Shown: piece by piece, positions 1-10,353 of the stretch | Layout: each line of letters starts with the position of its first letter | Numbering within the stretch: position 1 is the stretch's first letter | NCBI GenBank assembly: GCA_019455225.1 | Contig: JACFMU010000010.1 | Location: 975 to 64,974 of the forward strand | Direction: 5' to 3' | DNA from: Candidatus Hydrogenedentota bacterium | Lineage (GTDB): Bacteria; Hydrogenedentota; Hydrogenedentia; Hydrogenedentales; CAITNO01 | Length of the DNA: 64,000 nt | The notes under the pieces: model-generated | Databases searched by the model: none | What the model saw: the letters and a program-made list of their open reading frames with translations, nothing else | What the model was told of the DNA's origin: nothing | Position numbers and translations under genes: made by a program

Positions 1-1
1 C

Positions 2-1318
2 GAAGTTATCCGGGCGGAGGTCGGGGTGATTGAGGCGCTGGGGGTGCGCGCCGTCACCAACTGCCGAATCGGCAAAGACATCCCGTTCCCGGAACTCCGG
101 AACCGCCACGACGCGGTGGTGATAGCGGTCGGGGCAAAGTGCTCCCGGAAGGTGACCGTGCCGGGCATGGAGGCGCCGGGGGTGATGGGCGGGGTTGAGT
201 TTTTACGGGATGTCGCCCTCGGGAACCCCCCCGAACTGGGCCGGCGTGTCGTCGTGATTGGCGGCGGGAACGTGGCCTACGACGTGGGCCGCACTGTGCT
301 GCGCCAAATATCCTTGGACGCCGCGCGCTCGGCCCTGCGCCGGCCCGGTGTTTCCGAGGTGCATTTGTGCTCGCTCGAATCGCTTGACGAGATGCCCGCG
401 GACGACATCGAAATCATCGAGGGTGACGAGGAGGGGATACTCCGCCACAACAGTGTGGGCCCCAAAGAGATACTTCTGGACAGTGGGGGGCGCGTCCAGG
501 GGGTCCGGTTCCGGCAGTGCCTGGGGGTCTTTGACGCGGACAGGCGTTTCAATCCGCAGTTTGACGACGCGCGGGTGACGGACATCGCCTGCGACAGCGT
601 GCTGCTGGCGGTGGGGCAGGCCTACGACGTGGGCTTTGTGGACGCCGCCCGGGACGGTCTTGAACTGCGGCCCAACGGGATGCTGGTCTGCGACCCGGAA
701 AGCGGCGAGACCGGCCAGCCCGACGTGTTTGTGGCGGGGGACCTCGCCTACGGCCCGAAACTGCTGATTCACGCGGTCGCCTCGGGCAAGGCCGTGGCGC
801 GGGGCGTTTACCGGCGCCTGATGGGTCGGGAGATTTCCCATGCGGACGTTTCCCTCCACTTCCCCATTCCCGATTATGCCCGCGAGAAGGATTACGAAAA
901 AATCCGCAGGGTAAAACCGGCAACCCTGCCCGCCGAAGAGCGGATCAAGGGCCACGACCTCCTTGTGGAGAAAGAACTGGGCGCCGAAGAGGCGCGCCTG
1001 GAGGCGTCGCGCTGCCTGAACTGCGGCGTCAACACCATATTCGACGGCGACCGGTGCGTTTTGTGCGGCGGCTGCGCGGAGGTCTGCCCCACGCTGTGCA
1101 TCCGCATCACTCCCGCGGAGGCGGCGGGCGCGACGGACCGCATGGCGGAGGCGGTCACCGCCCTGCTTGACGGATTTCCCGCCGGTCAGGCCTCCGCCTT
1201 CCTGAAGGACGAAACCCAGTGCATCCGGTGCGCCCTGTGCGCGGACCGGTGCCCCACCGGGGCGATAACCATGGAATCCTTCCACTTCGAGGAGAACCCC
1301 AAATGCCAGACCGTCTAG
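2..1318 (+). CDS. NAD(P)H-binding FAD oxidoreductase (GltD/glutamate-synthase-beta-like) with C-terminal 2x[4Fe-4S] ferredoxin domain; 5' end outside window; likely bc-complex accessory subunit
   Basis: Rossmann motif VVVIGGGNVAYDV and a second dinucleotide fold. The C-terminus has CLNCGVNTIFDGDRCVLCGGCAEVCP and CIRCALCADRCPTG, i.e. two CxxCxxCxxxCP clusters. The frame is open to base 2. It sits immediately upstream of and co-directional with the Rieske/cyt b genes. Confidence 0.75.
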   Translation, partial: EVIRAEVGVIEALGVRAVTNCRIGKDIPFPELRNRHDAVVIAVGAKCSRKVTVPGMEAPGVMGGVEFLRDVALGNPPELGRRVVVIGGGNVAYDVGRTVLRQISLDAARSALRRPGVSEVHLCSLESLDEMPADDIEIIEGDEEGILRHNSVGPKEILLDSGGRVQGVRFRQCLGVFDADRRFNPQFDDARVTDIACDSVLLAVGQAYDVGFVDAARDGLELRPNGMLVCDPESGETGQPDVFVAGDLAYGPKLLIHAVASGKAVARGVYRRLMGREISHADVSLHFPIPDYAREKDYEKIRRVKPATLPAEERIKGHDLLVEKELGAEEARLEASRCLNCGVNTIFDGDRCVLCGGCAEVCPTLCIRITPAEAAGATDRMAEAVTALLDGFPAGQASAFLKDETQCIRCALCADRCPTGAITMESFHFEENPKCQTV

Positions 1319-1770
1319 CCCCCGAACCTGTTCCCCGGCGCGACTTTCTGGGACTGGCCGGCACGGCCGCGGCCGGGCTGGCCGTGGCCGGGTCCCTTGC
1401 CGGACTGGCCCGCCTGCCCAAGCCCAGCGTGTTGCCCGAGGCGTCCCGCCGGTTCCGCGCGGGGAAACCCGAGGAATTCACGCCGGGGACGGTCAAGATT
1501 GTCCAGGAGCACAATGTCCGGCTCATCGGCACGGAGCAGGGGGTGGCGGCGCTGTCCCTTGTGTGCACCCATCTGGGCTGCATCGTCGCGGAGTCCCCGG
1601 AAGGCTTCAAGTGCCCCTGCCACGGGTCGAAGTTCACCCACGAGGGCAAAGTGACGGCGGGCCCCGCGCCGCGTCCGCTCCGCTGGCTGGCGGTTTCGCG
1701 GGCGGCCGACGGCAGCCTCGTGGTGGACAAGGATGTGGAAGTGGCCCCCAACCAGTTTTTCAAGGCTTGA
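1303..1770 (+). CDS. Rieske [2Fe-2S] iron-sulfur protein with Tat signal (bc-complex subunit)
   Basis: Twin-arginine motif RRDFLGLAG. Rieske boxes CTHLGC and CPCHGS. ATG at 1303 overlaps the upstream stop by 16 bp. Confidence 0.9.
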   Translation: MPDRLAPEPVPRRDFLGLAGTAAAGLAVAGSLAGLARLPKPSVLPEASRRFRAGKPEEFTPGTVKIVQEHNVRLIGTEQGVAALSLVCTHLGCIVAESPEGFKCPCHGSKFTHEGKVTAGPAPRPLRWLAVSRAADGSLVVDKDVEVAPNQFFKA

Positions 1771-1786
1771 AAGGAGCGTCTCATTC

Positions 1787-3334
1787 ATGGCATCCAACGG
1801 ACTGGGCACCTTTCTGGAAAACATGGCCGGACTTCCGCGCAATTTCGCCGCATCCCTGATACGGCACGGGGCGCCCACCTCGGACAGGGCGCGGTCCCAG
1901 ACGGTCTTCTCCAATTTTTTCCTCCACGTCCACTCGACCCGCGTCCATCCGGACTCCCTGCGTCCGGCGGCCACCTGGGGGCTGGGCGTGTCCCTTCTTT
2001 CACAGTTTGCCATACTCGCCGTGACGGGCGTGCTGCTCATGGTTTACTACAGCGCCTCCACGGAGCTGGCCTACAACTCCATCAAGGACCTGCATTACGT
2101 GGTGCCCACGGGCCGGTTCGTCCGGAACATCCACCGGTGGGCCGCGCATCTCATGGTGGCGTTTTTGTTCCTGCACATGGCGCGCGTGTTTTACACCTCG
2201 GCCTACAAGGGGCCGAGGGAGTTCAACTGGGTCGTGGGCATGGCGCTCATGGTGCTCACGCTGATGTTCTCCTTCACGGGGTATCTGCTTCCCTGGGACC
2301 AGCTCGCCTATTGGGCCGTCACCATCGGCGCGAACATCGCCGCCTCGCCCAACGAACTGGCCGAGGCACTCGGCCTGCCGCGGGTGTTTCACCTGGGCAG
2401 CCTGCAGAAAGAGCTTCTGCTGGGCGCCTCGAATGTGGGCCAGGAGGCCCTCACCCGCTTCTACCTGCTGCATGTTATGGTGCTGCCCATCCTGTTTCTC
2501 TGCGTGGCGGGGGTCCACCTGTGGCGCATCCGCAAGGACGGGGGTCTGGCGCGCCCGGAAGGCACCCCGACACCGGCGGGAAAAGGGGCGGGCACCATGT
2601 CCCCCACTCCCCGGAGCGCCGAGGAGGCGCCGGAAAAAAGCTACGGGCTGATGGCGGTTGTGCGGGACCGGTCCCCGCACACGGGGAAAAGCATGGACGA
2701 GACCGTCCCGGCCTGGCCCTATCTCATGCGCGCGGAGCTGCTGGTCTTCATGGCGAACATGCTGCTGTGCGTGGCGCTTGGGCTTCTTTTTGACGCGCCG
2801 CTCAAGGAGATGGCCAGTCCGGACATCCCCGAGAACCCGGCCAAGGCGCCCTGGTATTTCCTGGGACTGCAGGAGATGGTCTCCTATTCCGCCTTTGTGG
2901 GCGGCATCGTGATCCCCTCGATTGTGGTGTTCGGCCTGGCCCTCATTCCCTACCTTGACCGGGAGCGCGAGGCGTCGGGCGTGTGGTTCAGCGGGAGGCG
3001 CGGCGTCCGCGTCACCCTGCTGTCCGCGGTGGCGGGCACCGCGCTGGCCGTGGCCTCGGTGGCCTTTCCCGTGAACTATGGCTGGCTCCGCTCATGGTAT
3101 CCGGAGATCCCGCAACTGGTCATTATTTTGATCAATCCGGGCAGCCTGCTGACGGCGGCCTACGCCCTGTGGTCCGTGGCCGTGATCCAGCGGACCCGGT
3201 CCACCCGCATGGGCGCCGTGGCGCTTTTCACCTGCTTCCTGGCGGGCTTTATCGTGCTCACCTACGTCGGCACCAGTCTGCGCGGGCCCAACTGGGACTT
3301 CTACTGGAGCCAAAGCCAATGGCCGTCGCATTAA
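1787..3334 (+). CDS. Cytochrome b (fused cytochrome b6 + subunit IV-like, ~516 aa)
   Basis: Motifs HRWAAHLMV...FLHMARVFYTSAYKGPREFNWVVG...GYLLPWDQLAYWAVTIG are typical of PetB/cyt b6. The C-terminal half is a multi-TM extension. AAGGAG RBS before ATG 1787. Confidence 0.9.
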   Translation: MASNGLGTFLENMAGLPRNFAASLIRHGAPTSDRARSQTVFSNFFLHVHSTRVHPDSLRPAATWGLGVSLLSQFAILAVTGVLLMVYYSASTELAYNSIKDLHYVVPTGRFVRNIHRWAAHLMVAFLFLHMARVFYTSAYKGPREFNWVVGMALMVLTLMFSFTGYLLPWDQLAYWAVTIGANIAASPNELAEALGLPRVFHLGSLQKELLLGASNVGQEALTRFYLLHVMVLPILFLCVAGVHLWRIRKDGGLARPEGTPTPAGKGAGTMSPTPRSAEEAPEKSYGLMAVVRDRSPHTGKSMDETVPAWPYLMRAELLVFMANMLLCVALGLLFDAPLKEMASPDIPENPAKAPWYFLGLQEMVSYSAFVGGIVIPSIVVFGLALIPYLDREREASGVWFSGRRGVRVTLLSAVAGTALAVASVAFPVNYGWLRSWYPEIPQLVIILINPGSLLTAAYALWSVAVIQRTRSTRMGAVALFTCFLAGFIVLTYVGTSLRGPNWDFYWSQSQWPSH

Positions 3335-3347
3335 ACGGGGAGACACC

Positions 3348-4793
3348 GTGATGTCGGAAGAAAAAATCAAATCCCTTGACCACAGGCACAAATGGGCGCT
3401 GCTGGCGGTGAGCCTGGCCACGCTGGCGCTGCTGGCGGCGTCCGCCCTGAGCGAGAACGTGTTCGCCCCCTGGCGCATGGTGCGGGCCAAGTACGCCGCC
3501 ACGCTCGAGTCCAAGGCGGACGACGAGCAGGGGCGGCTGTTGGCGGCGGGGTTCAAGAACGAGATTGTCCAGAATGTCGTGCCCGAGCTGAACGTGGTGG
3601 ACCGCTGCGTCACCTGCCATCCGGGCCTGGACGATCCGCGCATGGCCGACGAGCCGCAGCCGTACCGCACGCATCCGGGCGACTATCTTGAGCATCACCC
3701 CCCCGAGCGCTACGGGTGCACCATCTGCCACCAGGGGCAGGGGCGCGCCACCGTGCTCGCCGACGCGAAGGCCTCGGATGTCCACTGGGACTATCCGCTG
3801 CTGCCCGGCGAGTTTGCGCAGTCAAGTTGCGCCATGTGCCACGCGCCCGACCAGCTCGGCGAGAGCGCCCCGCTGGCGGCGAGGGGATACGCGCTCTTTG
3901 TGGAGAACGGCTGCTTCGGCTGCCACAAAGTCGGCGGGGTCGGCGGGGCCATGGGTCCGGTGCTGGACCGCGTGGGGGTGAAGAAGAAGGCGGCGTACCC
4001 GTTCGCCCACATCGAGGGCGAGCGCACCATCGCCAACTGGCATGTCGAGCACCTGCTTGACCCCCAGAAGATAGTCCCGGACACGACGATGAAAAACTTC
4101 AACTTCTCCCGGGAGGACGCGGTGGCGATCACCAACTACATCCTTTCCCTGCGCGGCCTGGAGATACCCATGAGCTACATCCCCAGGGACCGCATCGCGT
4201 GGGAGTACAACAAGACCTTCCGCCCGACCCTCACCGGCAGGGACCTTTACGGGCGCTACTGCTCGGCCTGCCACCAGGACGGCATGGCCTCCCATTTTGA
4301 TCCGGTGCTGGGCCGCCACATACCCACGGTGAGAAACCCCGCCTTTCTGGCGTTCGCGACGGACGACTTTCTGCGGCAAACCATCGAGCGGGGCCGTCCG
4401 GGGCGGGACATGCCCGCATGGGGCGAAACGGCGGGCGGGCTGCGCGCCGATGAAATAGACAACCTGGTCGCCTATCTCCGGGAGGGCGCGCCCCTCTCGC
4501 CCGACTATGACGAGACCTACCGGGCGGCGGGCGACGCCGGCCGCGGCGGGCTCCTTTTCGAGCGGAACTGCTCGGGCTGCCACGGCGACCACGGGGAGGG
4601 CCTGAAGGCGCCCTCGCTCGCCAACACGGTGTTTCAGGAGACGGCGTCGGACGCGTATCTCCAGGCGACGATAAAGCACGGCCGCCACGGCACGGCCATG
4701 GCGGGCTTTGGCCAGGACTCTCCCTCATTTTCAGCGCTGACCGACAGGGAAGTCGGGGACCTTGTCATGTTCATCAGGGCCTTAAAACGATAA
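3348..4793 (+). CDS. Membrane-anchored hexaheme c-type cytochrome (bc-complex-associated)
   Basis: Six CxxCH motifs (CVTCH, CTICH, CAMCH, CFGCH, CSACH, CSGCH). N-terminal TM helix [19 protein letters not shown]. Confidence 0.85.
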   Translation: MMSEEKIKSLDHRHKWALLAVSLATLALLAASALSENVFAPWRMVRAKYAATLESKADDEQGRLLAAGFKNEIVQNVVPELNVVDRCVTCHPGLDDPRMADEPQPYRTHPGDYLEHHPPERYGCTICHQGQGRATVLADAKASDVHWDYPLLPGEFAQSSCAMCHAPDQLGESAPLAARGYALFVENGCFGCHKVGGVGGAMGPVLDRVGVKKKAAYPFAHIEGERTIANWHVEHLLDPQKIVPDTTMKNFNFSREDAVAITNYILSLRGLEIPMSYIPRDRIAWEYNKTFRPTLTGRDLYGRYCSACHQDGMASHFDPVLGRHIPTVRNPAFLAFATDDFLRQTIERGRPGRDMPAWGETAGGLRADEIDNLVAYLREGAPLSPDYDETYRAAGDAGRGGLLFERNCSGCHGDHGEGLKAPSLANTVFQETASDAYLQATIKHGRHGTAMAGFGQDSPSFSALTDREVGDLVMFIRALKR

Positions 4794-4804
4794 AGGAACT
4801 TCCG

Positions 4805-7800
4805 ATGGCTGAGGAAAAGGAGACGCGCGGAGAAAGCACCCGGCGCGAGTTTCTGCGGCAGAGCGCCGCGCTCGGATTTGCGGCGTTTGTCTCGCAGGGC
4901 GCGCGCGCCTGGGGACTGGACACGGCCGCCAACCCGCTGGACAATTACCCGGACCGGGACTGGGAGAAGGTTTACCGCGACCTGTTCCAGCACGACAGCA
5001 CCTTCACCTTTTTGTGCGCGCCGAACGACACCCACAACTGTCTTCTGACGGCGTATATGAAAAACGGGATTCTGACCCGGATCAGCCCGACCTACCGGTA
5101 CGGCGAGGCGTCTGATTTGGACGGGAACAAAGCGTCGCACCGGTGGGATCCGCGCTGCTGCCAGAAGGGCCTCGCGCTGGTGCGCCGTTTTTACGGGGAC
5201 CGCCGCGTGAAGGGGCCCTGCGTCCGCAAGGGCTTCAAGGAGTGGGTGGACGCCGGATTTCCGCGGGACGCGGTGACGGGCGCGCCGCCGGAGCAGTACT
5301 TCCGGCGCGCGGAAGACTCCTGGCTCCAGTTGTCCTGGGACGAGGTGTCGGAGATTTCGGCGAAGGCGCTTCACAACATCGCCGAAGCTTATTCCGGGGA
5401 GGAGGGGGCAGGGCGCCTCAAGGCGCAGGGGCATTATTCGGACGAGATGATAGAGACCTGCCACGGGGCGGGCACGCAGGTGCTCAAGTTCCGCGGGGGG
5501 ATGCCCCTGCTCGGCACGCGGATATACGCGATGAACCGCTTCGCCAACGGCCTGGCGCTGCTGGACAACCACATCCGGAAGACCGGGCCGGAGGGGTCGT
5601 TCGGCGGCCGGGGATGGGACAGCTACTCGTGGCACACGGACCTGCCCCCGGGGCATCCCATGGTCACGGGCCAGCAGACGGTGGACTTTGACCTGTGCTC
5701 CGTGGAGCACTCCAAAATGGTCATCGTCTGGGGGATGAACTGGATTTGCACCAAGATGCCCGACAGCCACTGGCTGACGGAGGCCCGGATGAAGGGCGTG
5801 AAGGTGGTCGTCATCGCCTGCGAGTACAGCGCCACGGCGTCCAAGGGGGACGAGGTGCTTGTGGTGCGCCCGGGGACCACCCCGGCGCTGGCCCTTGGCC
5901 TGGCAGGCGTGATCATGCGGGAAAACCTGCAGGACACGGACTATGTGAAGAAGTACACGGACATGCCGCTGCTGGTCCGGCTGGACACGCGCGCCCTGCT
6001 CAGCGCGCAGGATGTCCTGGGCGGCGAACCGGCGCCCCTGACGAACTTCACCAAAGTGTTCGGGAAAGACGAGACGCCCCCGCCGCCCGTCAGGCAGAGC
6101 ACCCAGTGGATTCCCAAGGAGATGCGCGACGCGTGGGGGGACTTCATCGCGTGGGACACCCGGGAAAACAGGCCCGCCAGGGTCACCCGCGACGATGTGG
6201 GCGAAAACTTCACGCAACTGGGCGTCGAGCCCGCGCTCGAGGGCCGGTTCCAGGTCACCCTGCAGGACGGTAGCACCGTGGAGGCCGCGCCCATTTACGC
6301 GCTCATCAAGGAGCACCTGGAGCGCAACTACAATCCCCAGACGAGCTCGGGGATCACCTGGGCGCCGCCGGAGGCCATCGAGAAACTGGCGCGGGAGATA
6401 GCGAAGAACGCGCGCGCGACCATGTTCCCGGTCGGAATGGGCCCCAACCAGTTCTTCAACAACGACCTGAAGGACCGGTCCGTCTTTCTCCTGGCGGCGC
6501 TCACGGGCAACGTCGGGAACATTGGCGGGAACGTCGGCAGTTACGCCGGCAACTACCGCACCGCCCATTTCAACGGGTACCCCCAGTTCATTTACGAGAA
6601 CCCCTTCGACATCGAGACGGACCCCGCGAAGCCCGCGCGCGTCAAGTCCTACTGGAAGGGCGAGTCCGCCCACTTCTTCAATTACGGCGACCGCGAGCTC
6701 CGCGTGGGGAACAAGAATTTCACGGGGAAGGGCCACACCCCCACGCCGACCAAATCGGTCTGGCTCTCGAACTCGAACTCCATCATCGGCAACGCAAAAT
6801 GGCATTACGACCTCGTCTACAACACGCTTCCCAAGGTGGAGATGCTGGCCGTGTCGGACTGGTGGTGGACCGCGTCCTGCGAGTGGGCGGACATTGTCTT
6901 CGGCGTGGACTCCTGGGCGGAGATGAAAAGTCCGGACATGACCGCGTCGGTGACCAACCCCTTTCTGACTGTTTTCCCGGACACCCCCCTTCCGCGCCTC
7001 TTCGACACGCGCGGGGACATGGAGGTGCTGGCCCTGGTCAGCGACAAACTTGCGGCCATCACCGGCGACACGCGCTTCAGCGACCTGTGGCGGTACGCGC
7101 ACGGCGGGAAAACGCAGGTTTATCTCCAGCGCATATTGAACATGAGCAACTCCGCGGCGGGATACCAGATAGCCGACCTGCTGGGGAGCGCCAAGGAGGG
7201 CGTCCCCGCGCTGATGATGACCCGGACCACGCCCAGGTCGGTGGGGTTCGAGCAGGTCCATGAAAACAGGCCCTGGTACACCAAAACCGGCCGCCTCACC
7301 TTTTACATTGACGAGCGGGAGTTCATCGAAAACGGCGAGAACCTCCCCGTGCACCGGGAGCCCGTGGACTCGACGTTCCATGAGCCGAACGTGATTGTGT
7401 GCGCGCCCGACCCGCTGCTGAACCCGCTAACCCCGCGGGACTGCGGGTTTGCGGAGGACGACCTCGGGGTTGAAACACGGCAGGGCCGCCACGTGATCAA
7501 GCGCTGGGAGGATGTCTCCAAGACCAGCCACCCCCTGATGAAAGACGGCTTCAAGTTCATCATGCACACCCCGAAGTACCGGCACGGCGCGCACACCACG
7601 CCCATAGACACGGACATCATCGCGGTGTATTTCGGCCCCTTCGGGGACATTTTCCGGCATGACACGCGCAAGCCCTTCGTCACCGAGGGGTATGTGGACA
7701 TCAACCCCGGCGACGCCCGTGAAATCGGGGTGGATGACGGCGACTATGTCTGGATTGACGCGGACCCGTCCGACAGGCCCTTCCGAGGCCAGACCGCCGG

Positions 7801-8278
7801 GGACGGGCGCCTCAAGGTCAGCCGGCTTCTGGCGCGCGCCCGCTACTACAACGGCACCCCGAGGGGCGTCACCAGGATGTGGTTCAACATGTATGGGGCA
7901 ACGCCGGGCAGCGTGCGGGGCCAGCGCGAGCGCGGGGACGGGCTCGCAAAAAATCCGGATACCAATTACCAGGCCATGTTCCGCAGCGGATCGCACCAGA
8001 GCGGCACGCGGGCCTGGCTGAAGCCGACGCTGATGACGGACTCCCTGGTCCGCAAGGAGGGCATGGGGCACGCCATCAACAAGGGCTTCCTGGCCGACGT
8101 CCACTGCCCGACCGGCGCGCCCCGCGAGACCTTTGTGAAAATCACCAAGGCGGAGGACGGCGGCATCGGCGGGACGGGGAAGTGGAAGCCCCTGACCATG
8201 GGCATCCGCCCGACAAACGAGAGCGAGACGTTCAGGAAGTACCTGGACGGCGGATTCATAGAAGCGGCCGAACGCTGA
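4805..8278 (+). CDS. Periplasmic molybdopterin oxidoreductase alpha subunit, NarG/NxrA-type (type II DMSO-reductase family), Tat-exported, 1157 aa
   Basis: Tat motif [17 protein letters not shown]. The N-terminal Fe-S (FS0) region [20 protein letters not shown]...DPRCCQKG aligns with NarG HGVNCTGSCSWKIYVKNG...RGCPRG. Its length matches the NxrA/NarG size class. It is followed by the beta, gamma and delta genes. Confidence 0.85.
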   Translation: MAEEKETRGESTRREFLRQSAALGFAAFVSQGARAWGLDTAANPLDNYPDRDWEKVYRDLFQHDSTFTFLCAPNDTHNCLLTAYMKNGILTRISPTYRYGEASDLDGNKASHRWDPRCCQKGLALVRRFYGDRRVKGPCVRKGFKEWVDAGFPRDAVTGAPPEQYFRRAEDSWLQLSWDEVSEISAKALHNIAEAYSGEEGAGRLKAQGHYSDEMIETCHGAGTQVLKFRGGMPLLGTRIYAMNRFANGLALLDNHIRKTGPEGSFGGRGWDSYSWHTDLPPGHPMVTGQQTVDFDLCSVEHSKMVIVWGMNWICTKMPDSHWLTEARMKGVKVVVIACEYSATASKGDEVLVVRPGTTPALALGLAGVIMRENLQDTDYVKKYTDMPLLVRLDTRALLSAQDVLGGEPAPLTNFTKVFGKDETPPPPVRQSTQWIPKEMRDAWGDFIAWDTRENRPARVTRDDVGENFTQLGVEPALEGRFQVTLQDGSTVEAAPIYALIKEHLERNYNPQTSSGITWAPPEAIEKLAREIAKNARATMFPVGMGPNQFFNNDLKDRSVFLLAALTGNVGNIGGNVGSYAGNYRTAHFNGYPQFIYENPFDIETDPAKPARVKSYWKGESAHFFNYGDRELRVGNKNFTGKGHTPTPTKSVWLSNSNSIIGNAKWHYDLVYNTLPKVEMLAVSDWWWTASCEWADIVFGVDSWAEMKSPDMTASVTNPFLTVFPDTPLPRLFDTRGDMEVLALVSDKLAAITGDTRFSDLWRYAHGGKTQVYLQRILNMSNSAAGYQIADLLGSAKEGVPALMMTRTTPRSVGFEQVHENRPWYTKTGRLTFYIDEREFIENGENLPVHREPVDSTFHEPNVIVCAPDPLLNPLTPRDCGFAEDDLGVETRQGRHVIKRWEDVSKTSHPLMKDGFKFIMHTPKYRHGAHTTPIDTDIIAVYFGPFGDIFRHDTRKPFVTEGYVDINPGDAREIGVDDGDYVWIDADPSDRPFRGQTAGDGRLKVSRLLARARYYNGTPRGVTRMWFNMYGATPGSVRGQRERGDGLAKNPDTNYQAMFRSGSHQSGTRAWLKPTLMTDSLVRKEGMGHAINKGFLADVHCPTGAPRETFVKITKAEDGGIGGTGKWKPLTMGIRPTNESETFRKYLDGGFIEAAER

Positions 8279-8288
8279 GGATTGTGTC

Positions 8289-9416
8289 ATGGCCCAAGTA
8301 TTCAATTGGCAGATAGGCCGGGAAATGGACTACTGGTACACGGGGGTGCGTCCCGGCAGGCAGTTCGGCGCGGTCTTTGACATCAACAAGTGCATCGCGT
8401 GCCAGACCTGCACCGTGGCGTGCAAGACCACCTGGACCGGGGGCCGCGGCCAGGAGTACATGTTCTGGAACAACGTTGAAAGCAAGCCCTTCGGGTTCTA
8501 TCCCATCATGTGGGACGTGAAACTGCTCGAGATGCTGGGGCCCGGCGCGTGGCGGGAGGGCGTGTACGAGGGGCGGACCATCTTCGAGTCAGCGCCGGCG
8601 AAGGAGCGGGTGCTGGGCTGGAAGCCCACCGACTATGACTATGCCCACCCGAACCTGGGCGAGGACGAGGCGAGCAGCCCGGTGGACGGCGGGCTCATGA
8701 TGGAGGGGAAGCATGCGGCGTGGATGTTTTATCTGGCGAGAATCTGCAACCACTGCACCTATCCCGCCTGCCTTGCCGCATGCCCCCGCGGCGCCATTTA
8801 CAAGCGGAAAGAGGACGGCATTGTCCTGGTGAACCAGAAAAACTGCCGCGGCTACCAGGAGTGCGTGAAGGCGTGCCCCTACAAAAAAACCTTCTACAAC
8901 GCGGTCGAGGGGGTTTCCCAGAAATGCATCGCGTGCTATCCCGCCGTGGAGCGGGGGTTTCAGCCGCAGTGCTTCAAGGCGTGCATCGGCAAAATCCGAA
9001 TGCAGGGCTGGGCGCATCCGCCGGAGCGGGCCGAAGAGGACAATCCGATAGATTACCTGGTGCATGTCAGGAAACTGGCGCTGCCCCTGCTGCCCCAGCT
9101 CGGCCTGGAGCCGAATGTCTACTACATCCCGCCCGTTCACGCCTCGGACGCGTTTCTGGCCCAGATGTTCGGCCCCGCCGCGAAACAGGCCGTCCAGACC
9201 TATCTTGAAGCCCGGAACGACAAAGTTCTGGCCGGTCTTCTCACCCTGCTCGGGTCAACACACCGGACGGTTGATTATTTCAAAATCGAGGGCGACGAGG
9301 CCGTGGCCCTGGACGCGGAACGGTCCGAATTCTGCCGGGTGCCCATCAGTGAGCCCGTGGTCACCCGGAACGCCTACGATGAAATCGCGCAGGTGGGCCG
9401 CCACAACATTACCTGA
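8289..9416 (+). CDS. Molybdoenzyme beta subunit, NarH/NxrB-type, 4 Fe-S clusters
   Basis: Cys clusters [38 protein letters not shown] and CIACYPAV...CFKACIG. No signal peptide, consistent with a Tat hitch-hiker. Confidence 0.85.
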   Translation: MAQVFNWQIGREMDYWYTGVRPGRQFGAVFDINKCIACQTCTVACKTTWTGGRGQEYMFWNNVESKPFGFYPIMWDVKLLEMLGPGAWREGVYEGRTIFESAPAKERVLGWKPTDYDYAHPNLGEDEASSPVDGGLMMEGKHAAWMFYLARICNHCTYPACLAACPRGAIYKRKEDGIVLVNQKNCRGYQECVKACPYKKTFYNAVEGVSQKCIACYPAVERGFQPQCFKACIGKIRMQGWAHPPERAEEDNPIDYLVHVRKLALPLLPQLGLEPNVYYIPPVHASDAFLAQMFGPAAKQAVQTYLEARNDKVLAGLLTLLGSTHRTVDYFKIEGDEAVALDAERSEFCRVPISEPVVTRNAYDEIAQVGRHNIT

Positions 9417-9450
9417 AGTGGAACAAGGAAGGACTGGACAGGTGAGCATC

Positions 9451-10353
9451 ATGAAGAAATCCGGGTTGGCCGCGCTGCTTTTGCTTCTCATGTCGTGCAC
9501 GAAAGTGCCGCCCGCCGCGCCGAACAGAATCATGGCGGGCTATTTGGAGGGTGATCTGGGCGCCCTGAGCATCGGGGACCCCCGGTGGGACGGCGCCGTG
9601 GAGACCCCCATACCGCTCAAACAGCAGCTCATCGCCCTGCCAAAGTCCGAGCAGGACGGGGTGGCGCAGATTGGTGTGCGGGCGTTTTACAACGGGGAAT
9701 GGGCCGCCTTTTTGCTGACCTGGAGCGACCCCACGCCGGACCATCTCACAAAGATGGGCAGTTTCAGCGACGCTGCCGCCATGGAGTTTCCCATGGAGCC
9801 GGGCGACCTGCCGGACAGCGCCATGGGCGGCGCGCCGGGAAGCGCGAAGCCGGTGCTGATTCACCAGTGGAAGGCCGTGTGGCAGGAGGCCGAGGCGGGG
9901 AACATCCAGGGCATAAAAACCTTCTATCCCAACACCTGGAGCGACGTGTATCTCTTCGAGATGCCGGGAACTCCGGAGGCGCGGGCGAAGATGGAGCGCA
10001 CCTTCACCACATCCGTGGCGGCGGAAAACCCCCTGGCACACCACGGCAAGGCGGTTCGCGACCTTGAGGCCGTCGGCTTTGGCTCGGTGAACCCGTCGGA
10101 GGAGCAACTGTCCAAGGGGAACGGCGAGTGGGCGGACGGGAAATGGCGCGTGCTTATTGTCAGGCCGGTGGCAAGGCTGCGGGGGGGGCTGGACACGACC
10201 CGGCTGCTCCACGCCGCCTTTGCGGTCTGGGACGGCGCCAAGGGCGAGGTGGGCGCGCGAAAGATGCAGAGCGCCTGGACGCCCCTGGAGTTCCTTAAAC
10301 CGGCGGCGCATGCCTCCAACCCCAAAGGCGGGAACAGCCGTGGACAACATTAA
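9451..10353 (+). CDS. Gamma subunit, EbdC/NxrC-like periplasmic heme-b protein with Sec/lipoprotein-type signal
   Basis: Signal LAALLLLLMSCT. The soluble domain has no TM helices, unlike NarI. Its position after the beta gene is as in type II enzymes (Ebd/Ser/Ddh/Nxr). Confidence 0.65.
   Translation: MKKSGLAALLLLLMSCTKVPPAAPNRIMAGYLEGDLGALSIGDPRWDGAVETPIPLKQQLIALPKSEQDGVAQIGVRAFYNGEWAAFLLTWSDPTPDHLTKMGSFSDAAAMEFPMEPGDLPDSAMGGAPGSAKPVLIHQWKAVWQEAEAGNIQGIKTFYPNTWSDVYLFEMPGTPEARAKMERTFTTSVAAENPLAHHGKAVRDLEAVGFGSVNPSEEQLSKGNGEWADGKWRVLIVRPVARLRGGLDTTRLLHAAFAVWDGAKGEVGARKMQSAWTPLEFLKPAAHASNPKGGNSRGQH

Noticed and set aside
4634-7381. 915-aa ORF on the minus strand, antisense to the NxrA/NarG-like gene. 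Similar antisense ORFs: 203-1285(-), 549-923(-), 1155-2040(-), 2000-2680(-).
   Set aside because: Arg/Pro/Gly-rich low-complexity translation with no recognisable motifs. It lies opposite a gene with unambiguous domain content. Long antisense ORFs are expected at ~67% GC.
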